A DNA stretch of 32,000 nt from Cereibacter sphaeroides 2.4.1. Lineage in GTDB: Bacteria; Pseudomonadota; Alphaproteobacteria; Rhodobacterales; Rhodobacteraceae. Under the pieces are notes generated by a model. It ran no database searches. It was not told the origin of the DNA and saw only the letters and a list, made by a program, of their open reading frames with translations. Position 1 is the stretch's first letter. The number at the start of each line of letters is the position of its first letter. The stretch lies in NCBI RefSeq assembly GCF_000012905.2, contig NC_007493.2:2280001-2312000 (forward strand), given 5' to 3'. Shown one piece after another: positions 24,569 to 32,000 of this stretch. The translations under genes and the position numbers were made by a program.

Positions 24569-27506
24569 TGCACCGGGCGCAGGTGCCGGGGTGCTTGTGC
24601 GTGCCCACGTCCGGCAGATATTGCCAGCAGCGTTCGCATTTGGCGCCCTCGGCGCGCTCGAACACGACGCCCACCCCCTGCACTTCCGGCAGGCGGAAGG
24701 CCTCGGACGGCATCGGATCGCCGGTCAGCGCCAGATCGGAGGTGATGCAGACCTCGGCGAAATCGACCGACTTCAGCGCCGAGAGCACGTCGGGCTCGCG
24801 CACATGGACGACGGGCGCCGCCTCGAGGCTGGCCCCGATCACCTTCGCCGTGCGCTGCACCTCGAGCGCGGCCGTCACCACGCGCCGCACCTGCCGCAGC
24901 GTCGCCCATTTGGCGGCGAGCGGCTCGTCGCGCCAGTCCGCGGGCGTCTCCGGCATGTCCTGCAGATGGATCGAGCTGTCCGCGCCGGGGAAGCGCGAGA
25001 GCCACACATCCTCCATCGTGAAGACGAGGATCGGCGCGAACCAGGTGGTCAGCCGGTGGAACAGCAGATCCATCACCGTGCGCGCCGCGCGGCGTCGGAG
25101 GCTCGAGGGCGCGTCGCAGTAGAGCGCATCCTTGCGGATGTCGAAGTAGAAGGCCGAGAGATCGCTGGTGCAGAAGGTGAAGAGCTTCTGGAACACGCCC
25201 TGGAAGTCGTAGGCCGCATAGCCGCGCCGCACCTCGGTATCGAGTTCGGCCAGCCGGTGCAGCACCCAGCGCTCGAGCTCCGGCATGTCGGCGGGGGCCA
25301 CGCGCTCCTCCTCGGAGAAACCGCCGAGCGCGCCCAGCATGTAGCGCAGCGTGTTGCGCAGCCGACGGTAGCTGTCGGCGGTGCCCTTCAGGATCTCCTT
25401 GCCGATGCGCTGGTCGACCGTGAAGTCGGCCTGCGCCACCCAGAGCCGCAGGATGTCGGCGCCATACTGGTCGATCACCTCCTGCGGGACCACGGTGTTG
25501 CCGAGCGACTTGGACATCTTCATGCCCTTCTCGTCCAGCGTGAAACCGTGGGTCACGACGCCCCGGTAGGGCGCGCGTCCCTTGGTGCCGCAGGCCTGCA
25601 GCATCGAGGAATGGAACCAGCCGCGGTGCTGGTCGGTGCCTTCCATATAGACGTCGGCGATGCCGTCCTCGGTGCCGTCCGGCCGGTCGCGCAGCACGAA
25701 GGCATGGGTCGAGCCGCTGTCGAACCAGACATCGAGCACGTCGAAGATCTGCTCATAGGCCTCGGGATCGTGGAGCCCGCCCAGCACCTCCGCCTTGAAG
25801 CCCTGGCGATACCAGACGTCGGCGCCCTCGGCCTCGAAGGCGGCCGAGATGCGGGCATTGACCGCCGGGTCCTTCAGCAGGAAATCCGGGTCGGTGGGTT
25901 TCGCCCCCTTCTTCACGAAGCAGGTGAGCGGCACGCCCCAGGCGCGCTGGCGGCTGAGCACCCAGTCGGGCCGCGTCTCCATCATCGAATGGAGGCGGTT
26001 GCGGCCCGAGATCGGCGTGAACTTCACCAGTTCCTCGATCGAGCGCAGCGCACGCTTGCGGATCGTGTCGCCATACGTGCCCATCCCGTCATCGAGCGGA
26101 TGGTCGATGGCGACGAACCATTGCGGCGTATTGCGGTAGATCAGCGGCGCCTTCGACCGCCACGAATGCGGATAGGAGTGCTTGAGCTTGCCCTTCGCGA
26201 AAAGGCCCCCCGCGCGGGCCAGCGCCTTGATGACCTCGACGTTGGCCGGTCCCTCCTTGCCCTCGGGCGTGATGATGACCTGCCCGCCGAAGAGCGGCAG
26301 GTCCGCCCGGTAGGAGCCGTCCTCGAGCACGTTGTAGGTCATGGGCAGGCCGAACTTCAGGCCCAGCTGATAGTCGTCGTCGCCGTGCGAGGGCGCGGTA
26401 TGGACGAAGCCCGTTCCCGCATCGTCGGTGACATGCTCGCCCGGCAGCATCGGCACGTCGAAGTCCCACTCGCCCGCCGAGCCTTCGAGGCCCCGGAACG
26501 GATGGGCCAGCGTCAGACCGCGCAGCGTTTCCGCCTGCACATAAGCGAGTTGTTTGAACGCAGAGACCTTCGCCTGTTGGAACACGGAAGCGGCCAGCTC
26601 GCACGCAAGGATCAAGATGTCCCCGCTTTTCGCCTGCGCATTTTCCAGAGTTTGCTCGACCCGGTAGATTCCATAGGCAATCTCTGGGTTGAACGCCACG
26701 GCGCGGTTCTGCGGGATGGTCCAAGGCGTCGTGGTCCAGATAACGACGTGAGCCTTTTCGATCTCGCTGTGGACAGTCTCGTCCACACCGGCGCTCTCAA
26801 CAAACGCAAAAAGCCGGTCCTTGACGGCCACCACCGGGAACTTCACCCAGATCTGGTGCGAGGTATGGTCGTGATATTCGACCTCGGCCTCGGCCAGCGC
26901 GGTCTTCTCGACCGGGCTCCACATCACGGGTTTCGAGCCCTGATAGAGCGTGCCGTTCATCAGGAACTTCATGAACTCCTCGGCGATCACCGCCTCGGCA
27001 TGGAAGTCCATCGTCAGGTAGGGGTCGGCCCAGTTGCCGGTGACACCCAGCCGCTTGAACTCCTCGCGCTGGATCTGCACCCAGCCCTCGGCGAACTTGC
27101 GGCACTCCTGCCGGAAGGCCACCACATCCACATCGTCCTTGTTCAGGCCCTTGGCGCGATACTGCTCCTCGATCTTCCATTCGATCGGCAGCCCGTGGCA
27201 ATCCCAGCCCGGCACATAGCGCGCGTCGAAGCCCATCATCTGATGCGAGCGCACGATCATGTCCTTGATCGTCTTGTTCAGCGCGTGCCCGATATGCAGG
27301 TGCCCGTTGGCATAGGGGGGGCCGTCATGCAGCGTGAAGGGCTTGCGGCCCGTCTTCTCGCGCAGGCGGTCGTAGATCCCGATCTCTTCCCAGCGCGCCA
27401 GCCACTCCGGCTCGCGCTGGGGCAGGCCCGCGCGCATCGGAAAGTCGGTCTCGGGCAGGAAGACGGTGTCCTTGTAGTCGGGGACGGTGGTCGTGTCGGC
27501 GCACAT
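24552..27506 (-). CDS. ileS: isoleucyl-tRNA synthetase
   Basis: Trimmed to MCADTTTVPDYKDTVFLPETDFPMRAGLPQREPE... at 27506, giving 984 aa. HIGH (GHLHIGH), WTTTPWT (CP1 editing domain), KMSKS, and a C-terminal zinc motif CERCW...CARC are present. Confidence 0.93.
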   Translation of the reverse strand: MCADTTTVPDYKDTVFLPETDFPMRAGLPQREPEWLARWEEIGIYDRLREKTGRKPFTLHDGPPYANGHLHIGHALNKTIKDMIVRSHQMMGFDARYVPGWDCHGLPIEWKIEEQYRAKGLNKDDVDVVAFRQECRKFAEGWVQIQREEFKRLGVTGNWADPYLTMDFHAEAVIAEEFMKFLMNGTLYQGSKPVMWSPVEKTALAEAEVEYHDHTSHQIWVKFPVVAVKDRLFAFVESAGVDETVHSEIEKAHVVIWTTTPWTIPQNRAVAFNPEIAYGIYRVEQTLENAQAKSGDILILACELAASVFQQAKVSAFKQLAYVQAETLRGLTLAHPFRGLEGSAGEWDFDVPMLPGEHVTDDAGTGFVHTAPSHGDDDYQLGLKFGLPMTYNVLEDGSYRADLPLFGGQVIITPEGKEGPANVEVIKALARAGGLFAKGKLKHSYPHSWRSKAPLIYRNTPQWFVAIDHPLDDGMGTYGDTIRKRALRSIEELVKFTPISGRNRLHSMMETRPDWVLSRQRAWGVPLTCFVKKGAKPTDPDFLLKDPAVNARISAAFEAEGADVWYRQGFKAEVLGGLHDPEAYEQIFDVLDVWFDSGSTHAFVLRDRPDGTEDGIADVYMEGTDQHRGWFHSSMLQACGTKGRAPYRGVVTHGFTLDEKGMKMSKSLGNTVVPQEVIDQYGADILRLWVAQADFTVDQRIGKEILKGTADSYRRLRNTLRYMLGALGGFSEEERVAPADMPELERWVLHRLAELDTEVRRGYAAYDFQGVFQKLFTFCTSDLSAFYFDIRKDALYCDAPSSLRRRAARTVMDLLFHRLTTWFAPILVFTMEDVWLSRFPGADSSIHLQDMPETPADWRDEPLAAKWATLRQVRRVVTAALEVQRTAKVIGASLEAAPVVHVREPDVLSALKSVDFAEVCITSDLALTGDPMPSEAFRLPEVQGVGVVFERAEGAKCERCWQYLPDVGTHKHPGTCARCNDALG

Positions 27507-27664
27507 CGGATGCGGTCCTTTGGGGATGTGGGGGATCGGGCGCGCCCCCGGGGGCCTTGCGCCGCGCAAACGTCGTCACCCGGCGCCTGAGATCAGGACG
27601 CCGGGCCGGTAATTCGGGCGATGATCGCGATGCGATGCCTCATGGGCTGGCTTATAGCCGTGCC

Positions 27665-27690
27665 CCGCGGGCCGGTCCAGTGGCCCGCGG
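27665..27690 (-). terminator. GC hairpin after ycjF (possible terminator, no U-tract)
   Basis: CCGCGGGCC-N8-GGCCCGCGG forms a perfect 9-bp stem 10 nt downstream of the ycjF stop. Confidence 0.35.
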
Positions 27691-27700
27691 CAGCGCCGGT

Positions 27701-28756
27701 TCACCGGTCGAAGAGGCCGGTGAGGCTGCGGCTGATGAGGTTCGTGACCTTCGGGCGCGGCGCGGTGTGGAAGGGCAGCGGGCGGCAGAGTTCCATCGCG
27801 GCCACCCCCACCCGCGCGGTGAGGGCGCCGTTCACCATCCCCTCGCCGAACCGGCGCGAGACCTTTGAGAGCACGCCCCCGCCCGCGACCGAATGGAGCA
27901 GATCGTCGGTCATGGCCACCGCCCCCGCCGCGATCAGCGACGAGAACACCCGGCGCAGCAGCCGCACGCTGCCGAAGCTGCCCGAGCGCCCGCCGTAGAT
28001 CTCGGCGATGCGGCGCACCATGCGGAGGTTGGCATAGAGCGCGGTCGCCACATCGGCGAGCGCCAGCGGCACCAGCGCGGTGACCGCCGCCACCTGCCGC
28101 GCCGCCGCCTCGATCTCGCGCCGCGCGCTCTGATCGAGCGTCACCAGAAGCTCGTTCTCGGCCAGGCCCAGAAGGCCATCCACGTCGAAGACCTCGGCCT
28201 GCCGCTCGGCCAGCCGCGCCTTGCCCCAGCGCAGATCGGCGCGGTGGCCATACATCTTCTCGATGGAGGTCACCACGCGGCGCGCGGCCTTGAGATCGTT
28301 CGTGGCGCGCGCGGCGATGGCGGCCTCGCGCAGGCTGTCGAGCCGCTCGAGCCGCACATAGGCCCACCATTCGCGCAGCGCGAGCGCCAGCGCCGTCAGG
28401 ACCGCCGTCCCGATCAGCACGAAGGCCGCGGCACCGAGCACGCTGTTGCGCGACAGGAGCGAGGTCACGAAATCCCAGGCCGCAACCGACAGGACGAAGC
28501 TCAGGAGCGTGCCGAAGATCCAGCCGGCGAAGCGGCCCAGACGCGAGCTGCGGACGGTGGCGATGCGGCTTGCGGCCAGCATCGCCTGCCCCTGCGGCAG
28601 ATCGAGGTCGGGCACCGGCGGCACGTCGGCGGGCGTGGGCCCCGAGACGGTCTCGGGCGCCGCGGCGGGGCGGCGGGCACGGGGCGCATCGGCCGCCGTT
28701 TCCTCGCGCGTGTCCCAGTCGAGGAGCAAGGGCTTCTTCGGGGGCTTGTCGCTCAC
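27701..28756 (-). CDS. ycjF: YcjF family membrane protein (UPF0283)
   Basis: 351 aa, GTG start with GGGAGAG upstream. It has a charged N-terminus and two TM helices. The C-terminal half (VSPLALADV..., LRMVRRIAEIYG, GAL TARVGVAAMELCRPLPF) is colinear with E. coli YcjF. Confidence 0.8.
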   Translation of the reverse strand: MSDKPPKKPLLLDWDTREETAADAPRARRPAAAPETVSGPTPADVPPVPDLDLPQGQAMLAASRIATVRSSRLGRFAGWIFGTLLSFVLSVAAWDFVTSLLSRNSVLGAAAFVLIGTAVLTALALALREWWAYVRLERLDSLREAAIAARATNDLKAARRVVTSIEKMYGHRADLRWGKARLAERQAEVFDVDGLLGLAENELLVTLDQSARREIEAAARQVAAVTALVPLALADVATALYANLRMVRRIAEIYGGRSGSFGSVRLLRRVFSSLIAAGAVAMTDDLLHSVAGGGVLSKVSRRFGEGMVNGALTARVGVAAMELCRPLPFHTAPRPKVTNLISRSLTGLFDR

Positions 28757-28856
28757 GGCGTCTCTCCCAGCGGATGAAGGATGGCGGCCCGGCGGGCGAT
28801 CGGATCCCGCGGGGTCCGGGCCGGGCGCAGGCCCGCGGGCGTGGCCCCCGGGCGCC

Positions 28857-30287
28857 TCACAGCCGGTCTCCGATCAGGAATTCGGCCGCGCGGTCGAGCC
28901 GGATGTGAGGCGGCCCCTCGCCCGGTTTCAGCAGAACGCGCGCCGGCGCGAAGGTCATCAGCGCGAATTCCGCGTCGAGCCAGCGTTCCACCCCCTCGCG
29001 GGCGGGCGAGAGGATCCGCGACGGGTCCGACGGCAGCTCGCCCGGATACATCGCCACCTGCCGGCCGTTCGCGAGAAGCCGCCCGCGCACCGCCTCGACC
29101 GTCTCGCCGTGGCGCGTCACCTCCTCCTCGACCGTGGCGCGGATCGAGGCCAGCGACATGGCAGCGGTGAGCGAGCCCGCGAAGGCCGCCCGGTCGCGTG
29201 CCTCGCGCAGCATCGCCTCCATGATCGCGGTCAGTTTCGGGTGCTGCGTGTGGTGCAGATGGTCGGCCATCGTGGCCGCGAACAGGATCCGCTCGACCCG
29301 GTGGCCGAGCAGCAGCGTCGAGAGGAACGAGTTCCGCCCCGGTCGGAAGGCCGTCAGGATCTCGGCCATGGTGCGGCGCAGATCCTCGAGCGCCTGCGGC
29401 CCGGCATGGATCGCCCCCAGCGCATCGACCAGCACCACCTGCCGGTCGATCCTGGCGAAATGCTCGCGGAAGAAGGGGCGGACCACATTCTCCTTGTAGC
29501 TCTCGTAGCGCCGTCCCATCTCGCGCCAGAGGCTGGTGCGCGTGGCCTGCGCGGGCATCGGCAGCGGCGCGAAGGTCAGGACCGGCGAGCCCGCGAGATC
29601 GCCCGGCAGCAGGAACCGGCCCGGCGTGCAGTCCGACCAGCCCGCCTTCCGCGCCGCCTGCAGATAGGCCGTGAAGCTCGCCGCCAGCGCCTGCGCCTGT
29701 GTCTCCTCGAGCGGCAAAGACCCGTCGGCCGCCCGCGCCGTCGCCATGAAGTCGCGCGCCTCCTCGCGGGTCGCCAGCCGCTTCAGCGTCTCCTCGGACC
29801 ATTGCGCATAGCTCTTGTCGAGAAGCGACAGATCGAGCAGCCACTCGCCGGGATAATCCACGATGTCGAGATGGACGGTGCGCGGCCCGGTGAGGCCCGA
29901 GATCATCCCCGAGGGCCGCACCCGGAACGACAGGCGCAGCTCCGAGATCGAGCGGGTGGAGGAGGGCCAGCGCGGGTCCTCGCCCAGGATGGCCGCCAGA
30001 TGGTTCTCGAAGTCGAAGCGCGGCAGCGTGTCGTCGGGCTGTGGTTGAAGGAAGACCGCCTCGATCCGGCCCTCGGCATGGGCGCGCAGCTGCGGCATCC
30101 GCCCCCGGTCGAGCAGGTTCGCCACGAGCCCGGTGATGAAGACCGTCTTGCCGGCCCGCGACAGGCCGGTGACACCGACCCGGATCACCGGCTCGAAGAA
30201 GGTTTCGGAGACGGTGCTGACGGCGCCCTCGATGCCGCGCGCCACACCGTCGGTCAGTCTGCGGAAAACCACGCGCCTGCCTCTCAT
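28857..30287 (-). CDS. ycjX: YcjX-like P-loop NTPase (DUF463)
   Basis: 476 aa. Walker A VGVTGLSRAGKT, IVDYPGEWLLDL, RFDRQVVLVD, LFAATMADH, and the C-terminal PHIRLD.A.EFLIGD are colinear with E. coli YcjX. Confidence 0.85.
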   Translation of the reverse strand: MRGRRVVFRRLTDGVARGIEGAVSTVSETFFEPVIRVGVTGLSRAGKTVFITGLVANLLDRGRMPQLRAHAEGRIEAVFLQPQPDDTLPRFDFENHLAAILGEDPRWPSSTRSISELRLSFRVRPSGMISGLTGPRTVHLDIVDYPGEWLLDLSLLDKSYAQWSEETLKRLATREEARDFMATARAADGSLPLEETQAQALAASFTAYLQAARKAGWSDCTPGRFLLPGDLAGSPVLTFAPLPMPAQATRTSLWREMGRRYESYKENVVRPFFREHFARIDRQVVLVDALGAIHAGPQALEDLRRTMAEILTAFRPGRNSFLSTLLLGHRVERILFAATMADHLHHTQHPKLTAIMEAMLREARDRAAFAGSLTAAMSLASIRATVEEEVTRHGETVEAVRGRLLANGRQVAMYPGELPSDPSRILSPAREGVERWLDAEFALMTFAPARVLLKPGEGPPHIRLDRAAEFLIGDRL

Positions 30288-30323
30288 TGTGCCGCTCTCA
30301 GGATAGGCGGCCCTTGCCCATGG

Positions 30324-30351
30324 ATGTAGGCGCGCCGGGCCGCTGTGCCAA
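30324..30351 (-). promoter_or_regulatory. candidate sigma-32-family (RpoH-like) promoter of ycjX
   Basis: The minus strand reads TTG-N18-CCTACAT (GTTGGCACAGCGGCCCGGCGCGCCTACATCC), about 35 nt upstream of the ycjX ATG. The geometry matches the htpX candidate. Confidence 0.35.
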
Positions 30352-30439
30352 CAGGCCGCAGCGGAAGTGCCCGGAGGTGGCCGCCGAGGGGCCGCGATGC
30401 TTCCCCTCCCGGCCCGCGCCGCAACCCCGACCCCTCGCC

Positions 30440-30468
30440 CCCGCCATTCGCGCTTCGTGAATGGCGGG
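30440..30468. promoter_or_regulatory. 29-nt near-perfect palindrome in the ycjX-truA divergent spacer
   Basis: CCCGCCATTC-gcgcttcgt-GAATGGCGGG has perfect 10-bp arms. As RNA it extends to 14 bp with one G-U pair and a CUU loop. It lies 46 nt upstream of the truA ATG. Confidence 0.4.
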
Positions 30469-30513
30469 CCTCGCCCGCTTGGCAGCGCGGGGCTTGAATG
30501 CTAGGGGGCCGTC

Positions 30514-31281
30514 ATGCCGAGATATGCGCTCAGGATCGAATATGACGGGGGCCCCTTCGCGGGCTGGCAGCGGCAGGCCGCGCAGGCCTCCGTGCAGGGG
30601 GCGATCGAGACGGCGCTCGGCAGGCTCGAGCCCGGCCCCCACACGATCGCCGCGGCGGGGCGGACCGACACCGGCGTCCATGCGAGCGGACAGGTCGCCC
30701 ATTGCGACCTTGTCAGGGAGTGGGATCCGTTCCGCCTCGCGGGGGCGCTGAATGCGCATCTGAAGCCCCTGCCCGTCGCCATCGTCGCCGCAGCACGGGT
30801 GCCGGAGGAGTTCCACGCCCGCTTTTCGGCCGTCGAGCGGCGCTATCTCTTCCGGCTGCTCGCGCGCCGTGCGCCCGAGGTCCACGACCGCGGCCGGGTC
30901 TGGCGCGTGCCCCATCCGCTCGATCCGGAGGCGATGCGCGCGGGCGCGGCCCATCTGGTGGGACGGCACGATTTCACCACCTTCCGCGCCGCGGGCTGTC
31001 AGGCCGCCTCGCCGGTCAAGACGCTCGACGCGCTCACGCTCGAGACAGTGGAGGGGATGAACGGCACCGAATACCGCTTCCACCTGCGCGCGCGGAGCTT
31101 CCTGCACAATCAGGTCCGCTCCATCGTGGGCACGCTCGAACGTGTGGGCGCGGGCGCATGGACGCCCGATCAGGTGCGCGAGGCTCTGGACGCCCGCGAC
31201 CGCGCCGCCTGCGGGCCGGTCAGCCCGCCGCAGGGGCTCTATCTGACCGGCGTGGGCTATCCGGCCGACCCGTTCGCCTGA
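30514..31281 (+). CDS. truA: tRNA pseudouridine(38-40) synthase TruA
   Basis: YDG..F.GWQRQ, the catalytic [14 protein letters not shown], and FLHNQVR are present; 255 aa. Confidence 0.92.
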   Translation: MPRYALRIEYDGGPFAGWQRQAAQASVQGAIETALGRLEPGPHTIAAAGRTDTGVHASGQVAHCDLVREWDPFRLAGALNAHLKPLPVAIVAAARVPEEFHARFSAVERRYLFRLLARRAPEVHDRGRVWRVPHPLDPEAMRAGAAHLVGRHDFTTFRAAGCQAASPVKTLDALTLETVEGMNGTEYRFHLRARSFLHNQVRSIVGTLERVGAGAWTPDQVREALDARDRAACGPVSPPQGLYLTGVGYPADPFA

Positions 31282-31482
31282 GGCGCGACGGTCCGAGCCT
31301 TTCCCCCTGCCCGCAGACCTCAAGCCTCCCGGGCGGCCAGCCCGATCCGCCGCGGGCGGTTCGGTGGCACCAGGGATAGGGGGGAAAGCTGCTCGGGTCT
31401 CGCCGGGCGCTGCCCGCCGCCCGGCGCGCCTTGCGCAGGCCGGCGGTCCGGGTGGGCACCGCGTCGGACGCCCGCCGACCGC

Positions 31483-32000
31483 TCAGGCGTCGGTCAGATG
31501 CGGCTCGTTCAGGTCCTTGAGCAGCCGTCCGTGCCGGCGCACCTCCGAGAGCACGGCGCCGAAGGTCTCGAACCCCCGCCCCTGCAGCATCGGCAGCAGC
31601 TTGAGGAAGGCATCCGCCGTGGCCACCGTGTCGCCGATGGCCGTGTGCCGCGCCTCCTCGGGGATGGTGATACCGAGCCGGTGGGTCAGCGCGTCGAGAC
31701 TGTGCACGTCGCTCTGCCCGAAGAGCACCGCCGAGAGCAGCACGGTATCGAGGATCGGATTGTCGAAGCGGCGGCCGATCAGCGGCTCGGCCCGGCGCAG
31801 GAATTCCATGTCGAAGGGGGCGTTGTGGGCCACCAGCACCGCGCCCTCGGCGAACTTGTGGAAGCGGCGCCCCACCTCGACGATGTCGGGCGCCTCGGCC
31901 ACCATCGCATCGGTGATGCCATGGACCTCGGTCGAGGAGGGCGGGATCGGCCGGTGCGGATTGACCAGCGTGTCGAGCACCTCGGCCTCGACCCGGCGGC
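31483..32000 (-). CDS. DEDDh (DnaQ-like) 3'-5' exonuclease domain protein, 3' part only; gene continues beyond the right edge
   Basis: The frame stays open to position 32000 (..RRVEAEVLDTLVNPHRPIP...). The track M at 31980 is an internal GTG. HGITDAMV, AHNAPFDMEFL and HTAIGDTVATADAF are the Exo II/III motifs. Confidence 0.75.
   Translation of the reverse strand, partial: RRVEAEVLDTLVNPHRPIPPSSTEVHGITDAMVAEAPDIVEVGRRFHKFAEGAVLVAHNAPFDMEFLRRAEPLIGRRFDNPILDTVLLSAVLFGQSDVHSLDALTHRLGITIPEEARHTAIGDTVATADAFLKLLPMLQGRGFETFGAVLSEVRRHGRLLKDLNEPHLTDA

Noticed and set aside
23904-27590. 1228-aa open frame on the plus strand spanning ogt, DUF3253 and ileS antisense
   Set aside because: The translation is Arg/Ala/Gly/Pro/His-rich and contains no recognisable motif. 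The opposite strand encodes three proteins with unmistakable family signatures. Very long stop-free antisense frames are the expected by-product of G/C-rich third codon positions in high-GC genomes.
30336-30351. Perfect -24 hexamer TGGCAC upstream of ycjX, suggesting a sigma-54 promoter
   Set aside because: The -12 position reads CCCGG, so there is no GC dinucleotide at the obligatory 10-nt spacing from GG. The same bases fit a TTG-N18-CCTACAT sigma-32-like layout better.
1-32000. Search by eye for tRNA/rRNA genes, CRISPR arrays, IS elements, integrons, toxin-antitoxin or known defence cassettes
   Set aside because: No T-loop (GGTTCGAATCC-like) context outside coding sequence was seen. There are no regularly spaced direct repeats, no transposase, reverse transcriptase or phage-like ORFs, and the only recombinase is the housekeeping xerC. 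The region looks like core chromosome apart from the points listed in the findings.

Overview
High-GC (roughly 68-70% by eye) alphaproteobacterial chromosomal DNA. Gene content and order resemble a Rhodobacter/Cereibacter-type purple bacterium; this is inference, no search was run. The left 5.4 kb is the edge of a nitrogen-fixation cluster on the minus strand. It holds nifA and a very tightly packed sigma-54/NifA-type operon: nifB-fdxN-lrv (4Fe-4S LRV repeat protein)-nifZ-nifT. Four nt after nifT an uncharacterised SIR2-like ORF starts and runs off the window; it is missing from the supplied ORF track. A single-domain rhodanese sits just upstream of nifA. The other ~26 kb is mostly housekeeping, in this order: SPOR lipoprotein, PBP5/6 carboxypeptidase and tmk; a hypothetical/EmrE-like SMR pair; ruvC-ruvA-htpX-ruvB; a DUF1127 small protein; prmA, msrA, priA, tal; DUF484-xerC; a three-EF-hand protein; pcs; an EamA transporter; ileS-DUF3253-ogt with overlapping junctions; ycjX-ycjF; truA; and a partial DnaQ-like exonuclease. 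In the ruv locus htpX interrupts the operon and ruvB carries its own GTTC-N7-GTTC SOS box. I saw no rRNA or tRNA genes, CRISPR arrays, transposases or phage genes. The observations most worth following up are: (1) the SIR2-like gene joined to the nif maturation operon; (2) the split ruv operon with a LexA box only at ruvB; (3) a 360-bp low-GC, synonymous-codon patch inside ileS; (4) a recurring TTG-N18-CCyAyAT heat-shock-sigma-like promoter pattern in front of htpX, ycjX, msrA and perhaps the DUF1127 gene; (5) several uncharacterised modules (ycjXF, three-EF-hand protein, DUF3253-ogt). All coordinates of trimmed starts, motifs and GC counts were worked out by hand.
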